Notes: generated by a model not told the origin, from the sequence alone. A stretch of DNA of 64,000 nucleotides from Camelus dromedarius (GCF_036321535.1 NC_087436.1:52454001-52518000), one strand, 5' to 3'; numbered from the stretch's first letter, positions 1 through 13,169 are shown. Numbers and translations are program-made.

Positions 1-1319
1 GGCTGTGGCTGGGGAAGCAATTTAAATGTAGAATAAGGTAACAGAGGACCAGGCGCATCTACTTTATGGACACTGTGGGTTTTATTTTCGGCATTTGTAA
101 ATCTATAGTTCTTTATAAACAGAACAAAGTGGTCAATTTTCACAGGGGCTGTGCTGGCACAGTGGTAGCCAGGGCTTAGTTTGGGAACAAAGTCATTAAA
201 AATAACTATGTACAAAGAGCTCAGTCATAAATAATGTGCCACAAAGGAGCCAAAGAAATCCAAAGGCAGTAAATGATTTACTTCGCTGTATCTAAAAGTC
301 TGCTACGAACTGCCTGTCCCTACATGTGGCAGATCCCCGAGGAACTCCTCCTAGTCCTTTCCCACTTTCTCTCCTATCTTCCCTCTTTCCTCCTTTCCTC
401 CCCTGTCACCCCATCTTCCTCTCCCCAAAGCTGATCACTTGCCAGTGACTCAGGCAATCAGTGGAGGGAGGAGAGAAGGAAAACCACGGATAGACGATCC
501 CTGAGGCCACTCTGCCTTTCCGCTTGGGCAAATTGTGATAATAAGCCTTTCTGTGATTTCTGTTCCTCCATCAGTATTATCTTTAAAGTGTGGTTTTCAC
601 CAGGACAAAAAAATGTTAAAGAAAATGAGAGAAACTGACATTGTTTGGTGGCAAATTAGAAGCTGACGTCCCAGCTTTCCTCGAGTGTGACTGTGTGTAT
701 GCAATTTAATTATTTTGAAACTGAGCATTATGATGCCTAAGCTGACTTTCCTTTATCCTAAGATTGACTTCATGTTTGGGAAAAAGCGACAGAAAGTGGT
801 AAATGTCTTCTAACATGGAAAACTTCCTGAATGTAAAGAACATTGAAGACCTCCATGATCTTGCTTGTTTTTCACCTTATCTTTTCCTCTTAAATCTTGT
901 TCCTTCTAATTATCTGTGGCTTCCTCTTTGACTTCTCTCTTCCTCTCATAGCGAACATCAATATGGCAGAAAATTCTGTTGTCTCATTCACATGTCATTC
1001 ATGTGTCTATAGGGACCTCGTCTCGCTGCTTCCACAAGCCATGATTTTTCACACTTCCAAGGCTTAACTTGGCCCTGGACTCTCTGTGGCTCCCAGTCTT
1101 TGAGCCTATGAAGCCTTTGCTCTCTGTCCTTCTCAAATAGAGTTAACCTCTACTTTCCTTGGGTCCCAATTACATGTTATCAAGGCAAATGTAACATTTA
1201 ATTGATTAAAAAAATACTGTCTTCTTCTCTTGCTAAATGAAGGCCAAGAAAATATTTACCTTCTTCACTTTGTCTTTCAGTGTCTGTCACATATTACATT
1301 CTTAAATGATCCTGGAATC

Positions 1320-1870
1320 AATGTTTATGTCATGTGCCAGGCACTGCCATTTGCTTTCACATAGATTGTCATTAAATTTTTTTTAATGAAGTACAGTCAG
1401 TTTATAATGTGTCAGCTTCTGATGTTCAGCATAATGTTTCAGTCATACATACGCATACATATATTCTTTTTCATTGTAGGTTACTATTAGATACTGAATA
1501 TAATTCCCCATGCTATATGGAAGAAATTTTTTAATCTATTTTACATATAGTAGTTAGTATTTGCAAATCTCAAACTCTGAATTTATCCCTTCCTACCCCT
1601 TTTCCCCCCAGTAACCATAAGTTTGTCTACTCTTGTCTGTGTGTCTGTTTCTGTTTTGTAGATGAGTTCATTAGTGTCTTCTTTTTTCTTTTTTTTTTTA
1701 GATTCCACATATGACATTTAATCTTTATAAAAATTCTACGATTATAAATATGATGTTTGTTAATTTCTTCTGTTTTTAATTTTCTGTGACTGAGAAAACT
1801 GACGCTCAGAAGATGTAAATGGTGGGAAGTCACTGGTCTAATTACTGGTAGTAACAGCATTCAACTGTCA
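1320..1870 (-). mobile_element. MIR SINE remnant, split by an L1 3' fragment
   Basis: 'tgtgccaggcactg...' before the L1 and 'gactgagaaaactgacgctcagaagatgtaaat...' after it resemble the MIR core in antisense orientation. Confidence 0.6.
1376..1714 (-). mobile_element. Artiodactyl/camelid-type L1 3' UTR fragment
   Basis: Poly-T start, then 'aatgaagtacagtcagtttataatgtgtc...gtaaccataagtttg...ttagattccacatatga'; the end matches the L1 copies at 22076 and 29500. Confidence 0.85.
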
Positions 1871-1884
1871 CGTTCTCTCCCTTT

Positions 1885-2022
1885 CAGTAGTTCTCTCATT
1901 TGAGTGTGCATCAGAATCACCAGAAGGTCTTGCTGAAACAAATTTCTGGGCCATATCCTTAGAGCTTCTGATTCAAGAGGTCTGGGTTGGGACCAGATAA
2001 TTAGTATTTCTAAGAAGTTAGA
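1885..2022. mobile_element. MER5A-like hAT-Charlie MITE
   Basis: 'cagtagttctc...gtgcatcagaatcacc...ctgattca...ggtctgggttgggacc...atttctaagaag' follows the MER5A consensus. Confidence 0.8.
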
Positions 2023-2491
2023 TATCTGTGAAGGGTGTCTGTGGCTGCCAGCCCATAAAAAAGATGTGCTCAAATATATTTATGGTCATGAAAAGATGGT
2101 AAAGATCAGATGTTGAGTGAAAATAGTAGGTTACCGAAAATACCATTTAAAAAATCTGCATATTTTCATAGAGTCTGTGCACAAAAAATAATAAATTAAA
2201 CATGAGCAGTACTTTTAGGCTTGACTGGAACTTAATAGATGATTTCTTCTTCCTTTTCCTCCACTTTCCCTCATCCTTTTCTCTTCCTTTTTTATGTCTC
2301 TACCTTAACTTTCTACAATAAATATTATGAATATCTACAATAAAAACTATTTCTATATAAGTAAATTTTCTACCATAACTGTTCCTCACGTAATAAATAC
2401 CTACTTCAGATCATGAGAAGCACCTTCCACAGTACACACTGCCTGAAGCCTGTGACTTCACTGCCTGGATGCTCTAGAAGGCCCTGCCCAA

Positions 2492-2511
2492 CCCCCCCCC
2501 CCCCCCCCCCC
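2492..2511. repeat. Poly-C tract (C20)
   Basis: 20 consecutive C, read directly. Confidence 0.95.
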
Positions 2512-2569
2512 GCCGACCCCACCACTTGGTCTTCTTGTGGACATTGATCTGAACGCCCCAAGCACAGAA

Positions 2570-2620
2570 AGGCACAGCGCTGTCCTGCGGTGCTTCCGGG
2601 GAAGGTGAGTCAGCAATCGT
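2570..2620. promoter_or_regulatory. Candidate distal enhancer: RUNX-, ETS- and ARE/AP-1-type motifs
   Basis: TGCGGT (2586), CTTCCGG (2593) and TGAGTCAGCA (2606-2615) within 30 bp of locally CpG-richer unique DNA; motif evidence only. Confidence 0.4.
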
Positions 2621-2904
2621 TGCTCCTTTACTTTGCCCCAAAGAGGAACCATTCAGCTGACTTCTTTTCCCAGCAGAGAGCCTGCTTGCTTAAAGAACAG
2701 AGAGTCTCTGTGCCATGGTTGGCATAATTATCTCCTCTTACGTTAAACAAAATAATAGAAAGGGGAAATATTCCTGTTTCTGAGATCCAGATACTAAGCA
2801 GACTGGCTAATATTTATGAAGGACTTTCTAGGCCTCGGGCACTGAACAAAGCATGTCATGATCTCATTAATGATACCACAGTTCACCCAGCTTCCCCAAC
2901 ATGG

Positions 2905-3157
2905 CAGTATTTCCAGCACAGGACCTTGTAATTGCTCTTTCCTCTGCCTGGAAACTCTCTTCCCCGGTGTTTGCACGGCTTGTTTTCCCACTTCATTCAG
3001 ATCTCTGCTCAAATACAACCTTCCGGAGCAGCCTTCTCCGACCTCTGCACCTAGAACAGCGCCCTCTCATTCCCTGTCCCCTTAGCTTATGTTCTTTTTC
3101 ACCATAGCACTTATCATAGCAGGTGCTCAGTAAATGTTTTCAAAAATATGAATGAAT
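2905..3157 (+). mobile_element. L2 (L2a-like) 3' end, with MIR fragments on both sides (~2805-2885, ~3160-3290)
   Basis: 'cctctgcctggaaactctcttcccc...cacttcattcagatctctgctcaaat...gtgctcagtaaatgtt...tgaatgaat', a typical L2 tail. Confidence 0.85.
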
Positions 3158-6072
3158 TTTATCCGCATCACAACCCCATGAGGTGAATACGGACATGATC
3201 CCTATTTTCAAGGCTTAGAAGGAGCTGAGCAAATTGCCCATTTGAACCAAGTTGTCTGACATCCAAGTATACGTTCATAATCACCCATACTGGAATGTTC
3301 TTTTATTGGCTGGATGAAGTCTATGGTCTTAATGTTAAAAACAGGCGCTTAAAAGAGCAGAGATGGATAGATAGTAAAATATCACTGATAATGAAATGTC
3401 CAAACACATGACAAATTACTTGGGGTGTGAGTTTGAAAAATGATGTGTACTTCCAAGCTATCAGCAAGCGATTGAAAATACCTTCTTTTATGAGAGGGTC
3501 AAGATGGTTTTATTTTAAGATCTGTACTTACCGACAAAACTGATTGCAGTATGTGCAGGGAGAAATATTTCATGCTCCTCTATCTCTGACAGACAGTGGA
3601 AAGAGGAAACACTGAAAACAGGAAAATATGTGTGATATCTATAGAACAGCAGATATGTAACTCACTGAGCAGCTGAAGAATTAAATCAGAGGTATGTTTT
3701 GGCACCTTTTACAGGCTCTACACACTTCCCTTGGATTCTTTTCCTTCTTTTATCATGCAGACCTTGGATCTGGAACCCCTGTTCTGTCTCTGTGCCTGAC
3801 AGTTACAGACTGTCACTAGCAAGGCTCTTTCTGGTTACGGCAAGAATTCATATGGGCACTCCAAGAACCAAAGAACAGGGAATCCAGCACAGGGCTGAGT
3901 CAGCTGCCCCTGCAGTCGCTCTGAACCTGGTCCGAACCAGTAACATTAGGGACTTACTGGACAACATGATTATTTCTTTGGTATAAAACCTATACCTTCT
4001 GGTAATAAATCATTTACACTGATGCCTGAAATTCTTACGGCCCTTTCCTTCAGGGACAGTCTGGTCCACTCCTCCTCACTGGCAGATATCTGCCACAAAA
4101 GCATCATCTATGCTCGTAGAGAATCTGATTCCTATTCTTTTAGAGATTGTCTCTTAAAATAACATTAAACATCTTCAGATGTTTCAGAAAGTTTTATAAG
4201 GAGGTGGGATAGCATATAAGTAAAGTTTTAAAGAATTATAATTCAAAATCTTCAGAGTAAATATCACTGTGTTTTGGGTGAATGACATACTTTGGGGAGA
4301 AGGCTTCAAGGTTTCCTCTAACCATGTTGCCACTCAATATAGTGGCCTGAGACTCTGCTCCAGGCTCCACCAGAAACAGGACCTACAATGCTCTCAACAG
4401 TCTGGGACCACCGGCTCTGCATAGCCCAGTGTAATTTTGAATGAGACCTGGAGAAGGTCATTTGTTAAATGACATGATGATGTCTGACCACAACTGAGGC
4501 CTCAGTATTGAGGAAAGATTTATTTGCTTCTCATGGTCAGACTTCCTTTTTAGTTTCTTTTCTTCATAAAGAGCAAAAGAAAAAAAAAAAACTTAAAAAA
4601 AACACCTAAGGGTAGCCTATTATGTCTTCATAGATATGGAAGCTGAGCCAAGGAGACCCAGGATACCATACTAGGAATTAGACAATAACTTAAAATAAAA
4701 GGAGACAGCACAAGTACTTAAAAATATAATTTATTAAGACTTTTCTGAAATAAAAGACTAGTTCAACCTATGTATTTAGGAGAGATACCAAGTGCAAGAA
4801 TGCAAGGGGGTTGTTCCCATCTGTTCTTGAGGAATCTAACTGTGAGCAAGATCCAGCCAACGGAGAAATGACTGAAAAAGTTACTGCAAAGAAATCTGTG
4901 GTGATTACTTCGTCTATTTTAGGGTAAAACAAAGACTGAAACAAATGTTAAGATTATGAGATCAGGTTAAAATATAAATAATATAATCTGCAGTAATTCA
5001 AAAATTAACCAACATTAGAAGAGTAAATATTCTAATCTCTTCTTTAAGAAACTAAAGAGTAAAGATGCTGAATACATTTAACAGCACAAAGGTAAATATA
5101 CCCAGCATAGAGGAACACTGAACCCATATTGCCACCATTGGATTTCCAGGGAGCCTACAAAGTATTTCTAAAGCTATGAAAAGAAAAAAACTAAACTAAT
5201 ATAATAGAATAAAATCACTCATATCAAGAAATGTAATTAGATTAAACTCACACAGGAGCACACACACACAAAATATTTGGTTTACAAAGCAAAAGACTGT
5301 GCTAAAACAAGAGGGAAGTTATGCCAGGTGGATGCTGACAAAAGGAAAGAGGGCGCTCTGCCCAATATGAGACAAGATGTCACTATGAAAGCAACAGAGA
5401 AAGGTATGAGAGATCTTCCTTCCTGTCCAACTCTCCTATGAAGATTGCACCCAGATCTTTTCACCAGAGAAATCTAACAAATTGTAATAACAGAGAATAA
5501 ACTACTCTAGTACTTTGCACAAAAGAATGGAAGAGCTTAACATCAACACACACACAACACCCATTTGTTTATATTTGCAAAATTTGTTTATATTTGCAGC
5601 GTATTATATTTACATTTCTATAATGCTACACAATGAACAGTACTGAGGAGAACTGCCTAGCAGGAGGAGATGGGTGTTGGGGTTGGGAGAACTCTTCATT
5701 GTACATCCTTTACTAAAAGTAAGAAATATAAATACAATTGAATAAAATTAATGTGGCCTCTGGTAGTAGAGCTGCTCCTTTTGTCAAGGGGCACCTTCAC
5801 TAGATAAAGACAAAAGGAAGTCATACGCTCTTTTACATCTCAAACCACTTGTAGCCTGGGCATAACTGGTAGGACGAGCCCTGGCAAGGAAGTGAGGAAA
5901 AGGAGATGGTGATCTAATTGGGCCAATTCTCTGAGTGCAACCCAGGCTCCAACAGGTAGAGACAGCCTCAGTGATGGCTACACATGAAGCATCCAGACTC
6001 TCAGGGCCAAGTGGTCCTGGCAAAGCCTCAGGTAAACAGCAGTGCACCCAGAGGTGACACTATCAACGCAGG

Positions 6073-6366
6073 CAGAGGTGAATTTATCATGAAGCTGACA
6101 GAGCTTCCCTTTCAGGGACTCACACTTATTCAGACTGTACTCAGGGACCATTTGTATGAAAAGTTTCTGGCAAATTGCCTGAAGTAAATCTTAAAAGAAA
6201 GGGACCTGAATCCTAAAGATTCTGCAACATGTTATGAGGTATTTCCATGTTCTAAATACATATTTACCTCTGTACCTAATTTTGTATCTAAAACATAACT
6301 TTTTTTGAAAGATGGCTCTTAAATTATATAAGATTTAGTGCCCACCCAAACCTGTCAGTGCCCCTG
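6073..6366 (+). mobile_element. Internally deleted hAT-Tip100 element (MER115/Zaphod-like)
   Basis: Starts 'cagaggtgaatttatcatgaagctga...cagggactcacactt' and ends 'aaattatataag...aaacctg...gcccctg', resembling both Zaphod-family termini. Confidence 0.6.
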
Positions 6367-7754
6367 CATGTGGGCCCGCACTTTGTGATTCCAGAGACCT
6401 AGTTCAGAGATCCTTTTGCTTTCCTACCACCCTTTTAGTCCAGGATGAACGGGCAGCTCTGGGATCATAGAGGATGCTCAGGTGCAGCAGGGGACACTGT
6501 GGGCCCAACTCCTGTGGGCTCAGTGACTTCCTGCTCTTGGGACAGAGGAAGCTCCTCTGTAGGCTGATGGCTTTGGGAACGGCCACAGTGAAGACTCCTG
6601 AGAGCTCTAGGACGAGATGGAATTTAGGATCCATCAGCAAGCAACTAGGACAGTAGGTACCCATGGGACTTGTTGACATAGACTGGGCCTCCTGCTGACG
6701 TGAGCAAGTGGGAGCATTGAGTCTGGGCACTCTGAAATATCAATTAAAGAATGACATGGAGCCCTGGGCTGGGGGGACTTGGCCACTAGTTGGACTGAAT
6801 TCAGAAATTCCATTAAGCATGGTAAATTGAATCAATGTGCCCCCATGATACCTTTCAGCTTACCAACCATATGGAAAGAAAAGTGGGTTTCATGGGATTC
6901 CTAACATCCTAGAGACCATTTTTATACCAATTTCCTGGCTTTAAAAAAAAACCTCATGCTATTTCTTTTTCTTTAAGTTCCTTATATATTTTTCCAAACC
7001 TGACAAACAGTCACTCTTTTGTAATGATTATTCCAGTCCTCATCTACCTTTCAGGCTCAAGGATATTAAAAAGTAAACCACCTTATTCTCATTTCACAGC
7101 TACTACACCATAGGAGAAAGGGTCCTGGATATTTCCTTATTTCAGGCAGAGAAAAATTAACTGAATGAAGAAAGGAAACCATGCACAATTCAAGTTTGAT
7201 CACAGTTTTATGACAGAGTGTTCAGAGCAGTATAATCGTGGCAGGGTTTTCTAGTATTGATTAGTTAATTATAAAGAGAATATGTATCATTTCTATTTAC
7301 ACTCAGCATTCAAACAGGAAATACTTAAAAATAATAGAAAGTTTTAGCAAGATAAATATTTAGTAGGTTATTTTTATTGGTTCATGGCTGGGTGGTGGGG
7401 GAGAGAAATAGAAAAAGTAAAAGTAATGTCAATTTTAATATTTTTAAAAAATGATTGTTGAGGAATTTTAAGCAAGGATCATTTTCTCCAGGCTTCTCCT
7501 TTTTCACCCCCTGGCTCTCACTTCACAGTTGGAGAATTGATAATTCTACCAGGCGGGTGAGTTTCTGAGGAAGCAGCCAATCCCCTCTCTGACCACTCTG
7601 GAAGGGTAACTCTCAGGTTACACCACACAAAGCACAGGCTTCCCTGCTCGGTCCCTCCTTTCCCCAATTAGCTGGAAAGAAACTAGTGCCATAAGTGGAA
7701 TCACATGCATGGACACTTTGAAAGGCCTCGGAAGAAGCTCTAACAACGTGTTAC

Positions 7755-8268
7755 TTGGTTATCTGATATTGCCAACTTGAATATTTTCCTAGATTTCCCA
7801 AATAAATTCCCAAACAACCCTGCACATTTACAGTGTTACTAAGTTATGAATCTGAAAGAAATTTTTAAAAACTATCAATAATTAAAAATTGATCGATTTT
7901 AATCATAAAAGATGCACAACGAATTTACCTTTCAATTTTTTCTACAGAAAATGGCATTGTGAAATCGTTGTTGTAGAAAGATAGAATCAAAGATTCAAAG
8001 TTTTATTTTGCAGGCAAAAAATATAGGAAAAATATCGTAGAAATGTGTTCACTTGTTAACCTTTAAGAATTATGTTAATTTTCTAGATTTTATGATGCCA
8101 GTGGGATTGCACAGATGTTAAAGCATAAAAGTTGTTACAATTCTTTTTCTCATCCTAAATATTTACTTCCATATCTAATTCTGTAGCTGTCAATTTGCAT
8201 TCTGTTTCTTACAGAAGGCTCCCCAGATTGCATGTTCTTTAGATACCAGGTAACCTGGATCCACTCTG
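7755..8268 (+). mobile_element. Zaphod-like hAT-Tip100 3' portion with decayed transposase dimerisation domain
   Basis: 7842-7970 translates SYESERNF*KLSIIKN*SILIIKDAQRIYLSIFSTENGIVKSL, like the hAT C-terminal ERxFSxL motif; terminus 'aacctggatccactctg'. Confidence 0.75.
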
Positions 8269-8304
8269 TCAGGAGGGTTTTTGGTTGTATGGCTAGTGAC
8301 TGGG

Positions 8305-8600
8305 AGTTAGTGCTCTGTAGTCAGCCTTGGTTCAGTTATTCCCTTTGAGGCTTTCTAGCTATATGACTTTGACATTATTCCTCTAATTCTCTGTCTCGCT
8401 TGTTTTTTTTTTTTTAAATTATTTATTTATTTTAACATTTTTTATTGATTTATAATAATTTTACAATATTGTGAGTCTCACTTGTTAAGTTAGAATAATA
8501 TTAGTATCTACCCCACTGGATCAATAAGACAATATAACACGACATGGTGCACATGAAAGCAGTTGACAGTTCCCAGCACTTCTGTGAACGTTTGAATAGC
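8305..8600 (+). mobile_element. MIR remnant hosting a micro-L1 insertion
   Basis: 'ctctgtagtcag...ctagctatatgactttgaca...ctctaattctctg|...ataatattagtatctacc...acagttcccagcac'. Confidence 0.65.
8405..8474 (-). mobile_element. ~70-bp extreme 3' tail of young camelid-type L1 with 12-bp TSD
   Basis: Poly-T plus 'aacattttttattgatttataataattttacaatattgtg', matching the tail at 21759; flanks GTCTCGCTTGTT (8393-8404) and GTCTCACTTGTT (8475-8486), followed by AA. Confidence 0.85.
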
Positions 8601-8624
8601 TGTTAAATAAGTTTCTTCAATTTA

Positions 8625-8910
8625 TAAAGTCCAAACAAAACTCTTCTTTCTTTCTCAGACTGACTTATCCCTTTGCCTTGCCTACTTAATTATTAACATT
8701 CATCCCGTGTTTCAGACCGAATACCAAAGAGCTTCGTGTTGTACATCTAGTTCCATCAGTCAACTCTGTTGACTTTACTTTCAAAAAATGACCCCGAAAT
8801 GACAATTCCTCACCACCTCCACGTCTGCTGCCCTAATTCAAATGACTGATGTCTCTCTCTATACTACTGCAGTAGCCTGCAATTGGTCATCTCGCTTCCC
8901 AGTTTGACTT
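8625..8910 (+). mobile_element. L2 fragment
   Basis: 'ccatcagtcaactctgttgactttactttcaaaa...ctcaccacctccac...tactgcagtagcctgcaattggtc'. Confidence 0.65.
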
Positions 8911-9793
8911 GTCCCTCCCACTCCAGCTCCATTGTCTTAGCTCCCTAATGCCATTAGCTGGCCACTCTCTTCTTCTTCTGCTTTAGTCGTCTCTCTTTAC
9001 TACCCTTAATCCTACTCCATCTGTCACTCTTTCTATTTACTTCTCAAAGTCTGTCACCTATAGATTTCTCGGTCACTTTCACCTCCATGGGACATACTGG
9101 ACATGACTCAGAGTCCACATCTCCAGCCCAACTCTTGACAACTCAACCTAGAATCTAGTTCTCTATTCCATGGCCTTCTCCGCTTGTTCCCCATGCTGTA
9201 TGAACCTCAAGCAAAATCATTCTACTTTGTGCTGATATTTTACCTTGGTCTCAGGCTGAATCTTACCATCTAGAAATGGAAATACTTTTAAAATAATAAA
9301 TTCCAATATCATATTTTGCAACAAAATGGATCACATTTTCAGTCTCTCACTCCTCCCCCTATTCTTTCTCTCTGACTCCACCGCATCTTCTTGCCTTTTG
9401 TCCCAGTCTCTCCATCCCCAGAGAAGTCACTTTTCATCCTATCCATTCTACATTCCATGACACATCACAGCAGCTTTTATTAGAGAGGGGATCAATTATT
9501 TTAGAGGATGGTGGTGTTAGGTCGACAGAACCATCTGCTTCCTTGTCCTTGTTAGCTAAGCCTTGTTAGAAGAAATCACATAACCATGTAGACTGTGACA
9601 ACTACAAATACAGTTTCTTCAGCTGGCAAATACTTCTGTGGGTCTCTGATTGGCTACTTTTGTAACCTCCCACAATAGTTATTACAAATCTTCAGCATCT
9701 CTTTTAGATCACCTTAACTCCTGCTTTCTTTTCCCTATTCAACAATTAACCTTGTCTCCTTCACAAAGAAGGATTAAAGAATGGATATTTCTA

Positions 9794-10150
9794 ATTCATT
9801 CAACAAACGGTTATTAAGAATCTACTATTTGCTGAGCACTGTTTCAGGCACTCAGATATATCACTAAATAAGTTAGGCAAAACCCTTATTCTCATCTTTA
9901 ACTTTCCCCTGGCTATCCAAAACAAAGGCAGAAAATATCCAACAAATATTTTGAAGTACCTATTTCATGCCAGGAAGTTTTCTCGGTGAAAAGAATACAA
10001 CAGTGAGAATAAATAAAGTAGTCTTCCTTCATAAAATATTCACTTTAGTAAGAGGATGGAGAGAAAAAGACAGTAAAAAATCTATAAGTTTAAAAGTGTA
10101 CGTACATAAAATGTCAGAAGAGCAAGGTAAGGGGGACGGGAAGTGGTAAG
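9794..10150 (-). mobile_element. Two antisense L2 3' ends
   Basis: 'attcattcaacaaacggttattaag...gcactgtttcaggcac' and 'caacaaatattttgaagtacctatttcatgccagg'. Confidence 0.65.
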
Positions 10151-11074
10151 GTACAGAATGTTTATTTAATAAAATTACTCATTAAGTTAAATAACTTTCA
10201 GAAATCACACACAACTTGTAAAGAGTGAAAATGGGACAACCAAACTTCAGATTCTGTACCCACAGAGTTGACTTAACATAATAAGCATCTGAAAAATGGG
10301 AAAGTTGACAGACCCATCTCTCTTCCCTTCTTTGTCCTTTGTATAGAGCCATTGAATAACAACAGTGATGTTCAAAGGTTCTGGACTATCAGTTGTCAGG
10401 TTAACAAATATTCCAAAAGTTTTAGATTTGCATAAGTTCTGGGAACCCTAAAGTTAGCATTGGTCTCACATACATTTCTAAAGCCTCCCCCACCAGGCCA
10501 TCTGCAGCTCCTTCTCCAGCTTTCTATGCTACCAAGCAAGAGACCACAACCATCTGCCTTCAGCAAGTATACCCAGTTGCCTTATAGACAGATTTCCATG
10601 AATTTCAAACAAAAAAAGAAAGAAATGGAATGGCCTTAATACATTTTCCCCAACACCTGCCTATCAGTTTCTTCACTAAATGTCCTGAGCATGTTTATTA
10701 GTTGCTGTGTTTCATTGCACTATTATTCCAACTAAAAATAAATGTCTCCTTTAACTGTACATTTCTAAATTTAAAACACTTACTTCTAGCAGAGTTTTCT
10801 ATACATAATGAAATTAGTCAAATTATGCTGATCTTTGGCCTCCTGGAATCCATTCAGCCTTCCCTAATAGTGCCCCAGTTTTCCTCTGGGAGCCACTTCC
10901 TCCCAATTCTCAGCATATGGCTTATAGTGAAGCTGACTCTAGTTCCAGCTACAGCATGGTGCAGGCCTGGGCAGATGGAAGCCCAGGAGTTGCTTTGGGA
11001 AATTTGTGTGATCCAGGCAGCTCCGGTAAGGTCTATGAGAATTTTACTTTGGCTACTGAGAGAGAATGAATGTT

Positions 11075-11710
11075 CCAGCCAACCAAGGGCTGATGAGGAT
11101 AAGATGCAACTAAAACTGTCCCACGCTGCTGAGTGGCATGTAAACTGGCACCACCACTTTAGAGAAAATGAGTCTAACATAGACCTATTGTAAAACTCAG
11201 ATATTCCGATCCTAATAATTTACCCCGAAGAAATGAAAACATGTATCCTGACAAGGGCCTTGAAACTAAAAATAATCTAAGTGTCCATCAATATGTGGAT
11301 GGATAACCAAACATATGCATTCAATGGAAAACTACTTGGCAATGAAAAGAACTGACTTACTGATAAATGTAACATACTGAATAAGTTTCAAAATCATTAT
11401 GTTCCATGGGGAAAAGAAACTAGACAAAAAAAGCATACATAGCATATAATTCAATTTATTTAAAATTCTAGAAAATGCAAATGAATCTGTAGTGACAAAA
11501 ACTATATTGGCTGCTGTCTACAGCTGGGAGTTATGGGAGCTATCTACCACAGAGGGGCAAGAAGAATCTTTTGGGGGTTTGGGGAATGTGATTTTATTGG
11601 TGAAGGTGATAATTCACAGTGTGTGCCACTGTTAGCATTCCCTGAATTATGCACTTTGCATACATGGAAATAATTTATATGTCAATGAAGTTGATTTTTT
11701 AAAATAAAAA
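11075..11710 (+). mobile_element. Old L1 (L1ME/MC-type) ORF2 end and 3' UTR
   Basis: 'gctgatgaggat...gtaaactggcaccaccactttagag...gaaatgaaaacatgtat...gtgtccatcaatatgtggatggataa...aaaattctagaaaatgcaaa'. Confidence 0.85.
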
Positions 11711-11719
11711 TTAAACCAA

Positions 11720-12615
11720 TAATAAAACAAGGTTGAAATCAATCTGTTTTTTATAATCATGTGCCAACAATTCTAAATCATCTTTTGTCCATCTAAGTTT
11801 TAAACAATTTCTTCAGTTATGTCACTATCTTTGTGAAAATTAATTCAAAGATCCCCCAGTTATACAGCTTGCTCCCAACTTTATGGACTTCTTACAGAAA
11901 ACTGTTTTGAGAGTAACCTCAAACTTTTGAAATAGTTTGGACTCATTTTGAGTAGAGTTTGATCTGTGTTGTACCAGTAACTGTTTAACAGTTGGATCTC
12001 TGAAGAAATAAACTTGACTTGTTGCCCTTCCTTATTTCTTTGGTATTTACGAGACCTTCCACAACTAATCTCAAGCTGCCAATGTGATGTCACTGAGCAA
12101 GGAATTGGAAAGAGATGCTCACAATAGCCATTGTGCAAACACGAGTCCACACCAGGACAGCACTGAGTTGGATTATTCAGTCTCGGTGGTTCTGCCAATC
12201 ACTACATTTAAGCATTGTGATCCCAGTGATTGTATAGTTAAGGGTACAGAACTTTATAGTTACTTTAATTCGTCATTCCATTTGCAAATTATTATCTGAA
12301 AGTTGCAGAGTTTTCTCTTTGTAAATGCTATTTATGGATTATTTTTCTATTTTAAAAAATGCATTAAATACACTTTAAAGTATTAATTAGTATTATTTTT
12401 AAATTATGACATTTAATTCATTTGTTTCCATTTGCATAGTTACATATCAAAGTTCAATAAAGAAACATTTTTATATCTATGCTTCTTTTTTGACTTATAA
12501 TAAATTTTGAAATTTATTTCATTTCATGAATATTACTGAAAATAATTTTGTTGTATAGGGAAAGGGTGTTAAAAGATAATCCATTCCAGGTGCTCAATAT
12601 AAGAAATACAATATA
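11720..12615 (+). mobile_element. Probable MER97-like hAT-Tip100 element
   Basis: Terminal 'agggtgttaaaagataatccattccaggtgctcaatat' resembles the MER97 end; AT-rich body; family uncertain. Confidence 0.4.
11963..12165 (-). mobile_element. MER63-like hAT-Blackjack element
   Basis: Reverse strand 'cagtgctgtcctgg...attgtgagcatctctttccaattccttgctcagtgacatcacattggcagcttgagatt' matches the MER63 5' end. Confidence 0.7.
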
Positions 12616-13169
12616 GAATAGATTGATTATATAAGTCTAGAAATGTTGATATAAACCAAAATATCATTTTGAATGAAGACTCTAAATGTGCACAGAGAGT
12701 TTTCTATAAAAATAAAAACCAGACCTAGTACTAGATGTATTATTTCCAATTTATGCATAATTATTCTTCCAACAAAAACATAAACTGGAATAAAATTTGT
12801 TGCTAGTTTCTAATTCACACTGCCATAGAAACTTCTTTGGTTTCTACTTTTCAGTTTCTTTTTCAATAAAATAAATAAATTGTAGTTAGTTATACTATCA
12901 TCTGTTCTAGATTTAAAATTCTAAGATACAAGTGCATGTTATCATTTCCTTTTTAGCACTGGCAAATTTGACGATAAAAGGTAAAATGATCTAAGGAACC
13001 AACATAGAAAAGTCAAATTCAGGTTGTATATCTCATTCTCTAATGAAGCCATAGACAATTATTTAATCTAAAGAATTATCAGAATCTTCCAACATTTTTT
13101 TATAAACTTAAAATGAAGCTGATTCTTGAGTTTTGAAAACCTTTTTTTTTCTGGAATCCAATAACAACA

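Noticed and set aside
5563..5598. Tandem duplication of ATTTGTTTATATTTGCA (19-bp period)
   Set aside because: Real, but most simply replication slippage in AT-rich decayed repeat.
10702..11193. Longest ORF in the window (163 aa)
   Set aside because: Starts at TTG rather than ATG, has no recognisable domain, and its 3' part lies in a decayed L1.
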